The notes under the pieces: model-generated
Seen by the model: the letters and a program-made list of their open reading frames with translations, nothing else
Database searches by the model: none
Told to the model about the DNA's origin: nothing
DNA from: Candidatus Nanopelagicaceae bacterium
Lineage (GTDB): Bacteria; Actinomycetota; Actinomycetes; Nanopelagicales; Nanopelagicaceae
Length of the DNA: 64,000 nt
Assembly (NCBI GenBank): GCA_018882885.1
Contig: VERG01000001.1
Span: 17,872-81,871, forward strand
Direction: 5' to 3'
Position numbers and translations under genes: made by a program
Shown here: positions 62,592-64,000 of the stretch, piece after piece
Position numbering within the stretch: position 1 is the first letter of the stretch
Layout: each line of letters starts with the position of its first letter

Positions 62592-64000
62592 CTAAATCAG
62601 CTCAGGTAGAGCAACCTCAGGGGTCTTATGGGCTTTATGGGCTGCAAGTGCAGAAAGGTGATAGGCCTCAATAGCCGCGATATTTTCCGGTGATAGGTAT
62701 TTACTACCATCTACAACATCACCTTTGCGTCCTTCAATAACTGCATGAACATCATTACCGGACAACGTTTTGTGGGTTTCCAGAGCATGAGCAACAGCCA
62801 AAATATGAACTCTGTCTTGATGTAACAGCTCCTCAGATTTACGGAGTAAGGATGCCAGATTGTCTTCGATGCGATCAGATAAGGCACGACGCATTTCCTG
62901 TTTGGCATCGTTGGGTTTAACTCCGCCTGGCGCGCCGATTTCCATTCTTCTACCGGAGGCATAAGAAGAAACAGTTGAACCCATTCCCCAATAGCCTTCC
63001 ATTAATCCTGCGATAGTTGTTGCAGACTCTAAATCGCCTGAAACTCCTGAGGAATTGTCACCGTCGAAAAACATTCTTTCACCCGCTAGTGAGGCTAAAG
63101 AGACCAAAATATCGCCCTCATACTCACTCTTCCAATGAGTGAACTGATCATCAGGTGGAATTGATGCCACCATTCCCAGGTACTCAGCACCTTTTTCGAT
63201 GGTGGCGATATCAATATCCATATGTTTTCGAACTCGATAGGCCATTACCGCATGGCAGGCCTCATGAACAGCGGTGGCGTGACGTTCCCGCTCTATGTAC
63301 TCAACATCCTCTGACGGTCCCAATTGTTTCAACTGCTTTGCCTTTAAAACATCCTGCCAAGTTACAGTGTCCCGACCGTTGCGAATCGCCATAATCAAAG
63401 ATTCATTTATCAAATCCTTTATAGTCGCGCCGGTTGCATATGGCGTAATGATCGCCAACTTTTCAATCTCATCTTTACTCAAGAGGTGTGAAACCTTCGC
63501 TAAATAACCTTCATAAGTTCTGATTCGCCCCGCCTTACTGGGATAACCAACTCGATACATCCGATCTATTCGACCTGGACGAAGTAAAGCTTCATCCAAG
63601 GACTCAGGCATGTTTGTCGCCATCACAACTAAAATTCGATACTTAGGCGGATTCTTTGGTCGCATACCCAAAGTTCTTCGCACTACTCGATTAAAAAATC
63701 CTCTAGGTTTCTTAAGACCCGACAACTCAGTCAACAGCGCCTGCAATGTTCCGGTGCCCGCACCACCTCCAGCACCAGCGCCCATCATGAACCTGTTGAC
63801 CAAACTCAATGGTCGAGGTGAATCTTCTTTAACCAAATTAGCCTTTACAACTAAATCACCCGCAGTTTGACTTAGATAGGCAACCCCTCGGCAACTATCG
63901 CTGGAATAAGCACCAGGCGCTCTGTTGGTCATGATTCCACGGTTACCTAATGCATCAGCTTCATCAAAAAAGACAACGACGCCACCATAACGAAGCGCTA
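62592..64000 (-). CDS. FtsH-like AAA+ ATPase / M41 zinc metalloprotease paralogue; N-terminus lies off the right edge
   Basis: The frame stays open upstream of the ORF-track Met and reads ALRYGGVVVFFDEADALGNRG (Walker B). Downstream are sensor-1 VVMATNMPESLDEALLRPGRIDR and the M41 domain with HEACH (nt 63252-63266) and GVSGDLESAT. It is collinear with FtsH apart from large insertions after Walker B. Confidence 0.75.
   Translation of the reverse strand, partial: ALRYGGVVVFFDEADALGNRGIMTNRAPGAYSSDSCRGVAYLSQTAGDLVVKANLVKEDSPRPLSLVNRFMMGAGAGGGAGTGTLQALLTELSGLKKPRGFFNRVVRRTLGMRPKNPPKYRILVVMATNMPESLDEALLRPGRIDRMYRVGYPSKAGRIRTYEGYLAKVSHLLSKDEIEKLAIITPYATGATIKDLINESLIMAIRNGRDTVTWQDVLKAKQLKQLGPSEDVEYIERERHATAVHEACHAVMAYRVRKHMDIDIATIEKGAEYLGMVASIPPDDQFTHWKSEYEGDILVSLASLAGERMFFDGDNSSGVSGDLESATTIAGLMEGYWGMGSTVSSYASGRRMEIGAPGGVKPNDAKQEMRRALSDRIEDNLASLLRKSEELLHQDRVHILAVAHALETHKTLSGNDVHAVIEGRKGDVVDGSKYLSPENIAAIEAYHLSALAAHKAHKTPEVALPELI

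Overview
This window is a gene-dense, almost gap-free stretch of conserved actinobacterial core chromosome. I call 67 CDS (two truncated by the window edges), one tRNA-Leu(GAG) and one strong intrinsic terminator. I saw no rRNA, CRISPR array, transposase, integrase, prophage or recognisable defence genes.

Gene order closely follows blocks I recall from Mycobacterium and Streptomyces:
- MerR / bifunctional nuclease / MerR / gcvP
- lnt / 5'-3' exonuclease / helY / lipid kinase / tatC / tatA / pafC / pafB
- trmI / HAD / metH / PAC2 / mshC plus a conserved unknown trio
- a small plus-strand nucleotide-salvage group (apt, tdk, purine permease, ung)
- serB, hisGE, rpe-rsmB-fmt-def-priA-metK-coaBC-rpoZ-gmk-mihF
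- the complete pyr operon (pyrR-B-C-carAB-pyrK-D-F)
- bldD-nusB-efp, the aro operon (aroQ-B-K-C, aroE), mltG-ruvX-alaS

Mycothiol ligase, PafBC, MihF and BldD mark the organism as an actinobacterium. The visibly moderate-to-low GC (not computed), tiny intergenic spacers and many 4-nt start/stop overlaps suggest a streamlined lineage, possibly a freshwater Nanopelagicales/acI-like one. That placement is inference only.

Most of the window is ordinary housekeeping DNA, and I found no convincing brand-new system. The most noteworthy observations are:
1. An uncharacterised PI3/4-kinase-like / DUF3090 / histidine-phosphatase trio apparently co-transcribed with mshC.
2. No arc-dop-pup-prcBA-pafA genes in their conserved slot between trmI and pafBC, although pafBC and a PAC2 homologue remain.
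3. A BldD orthologue with an intact RXD-X8-RXXD c-di-GMP signature.
4. An atypical FtsH-like AAA+/M41 protease with a large insertion in its ATPase module, cut by the right edge.
5. A SerB split into separate ACT and HAD polypeptides.
6. An orphan ABC ATPase translationally coupled to ung.

All functional calls rest on remembered family motifs and synteny. No database search was run.
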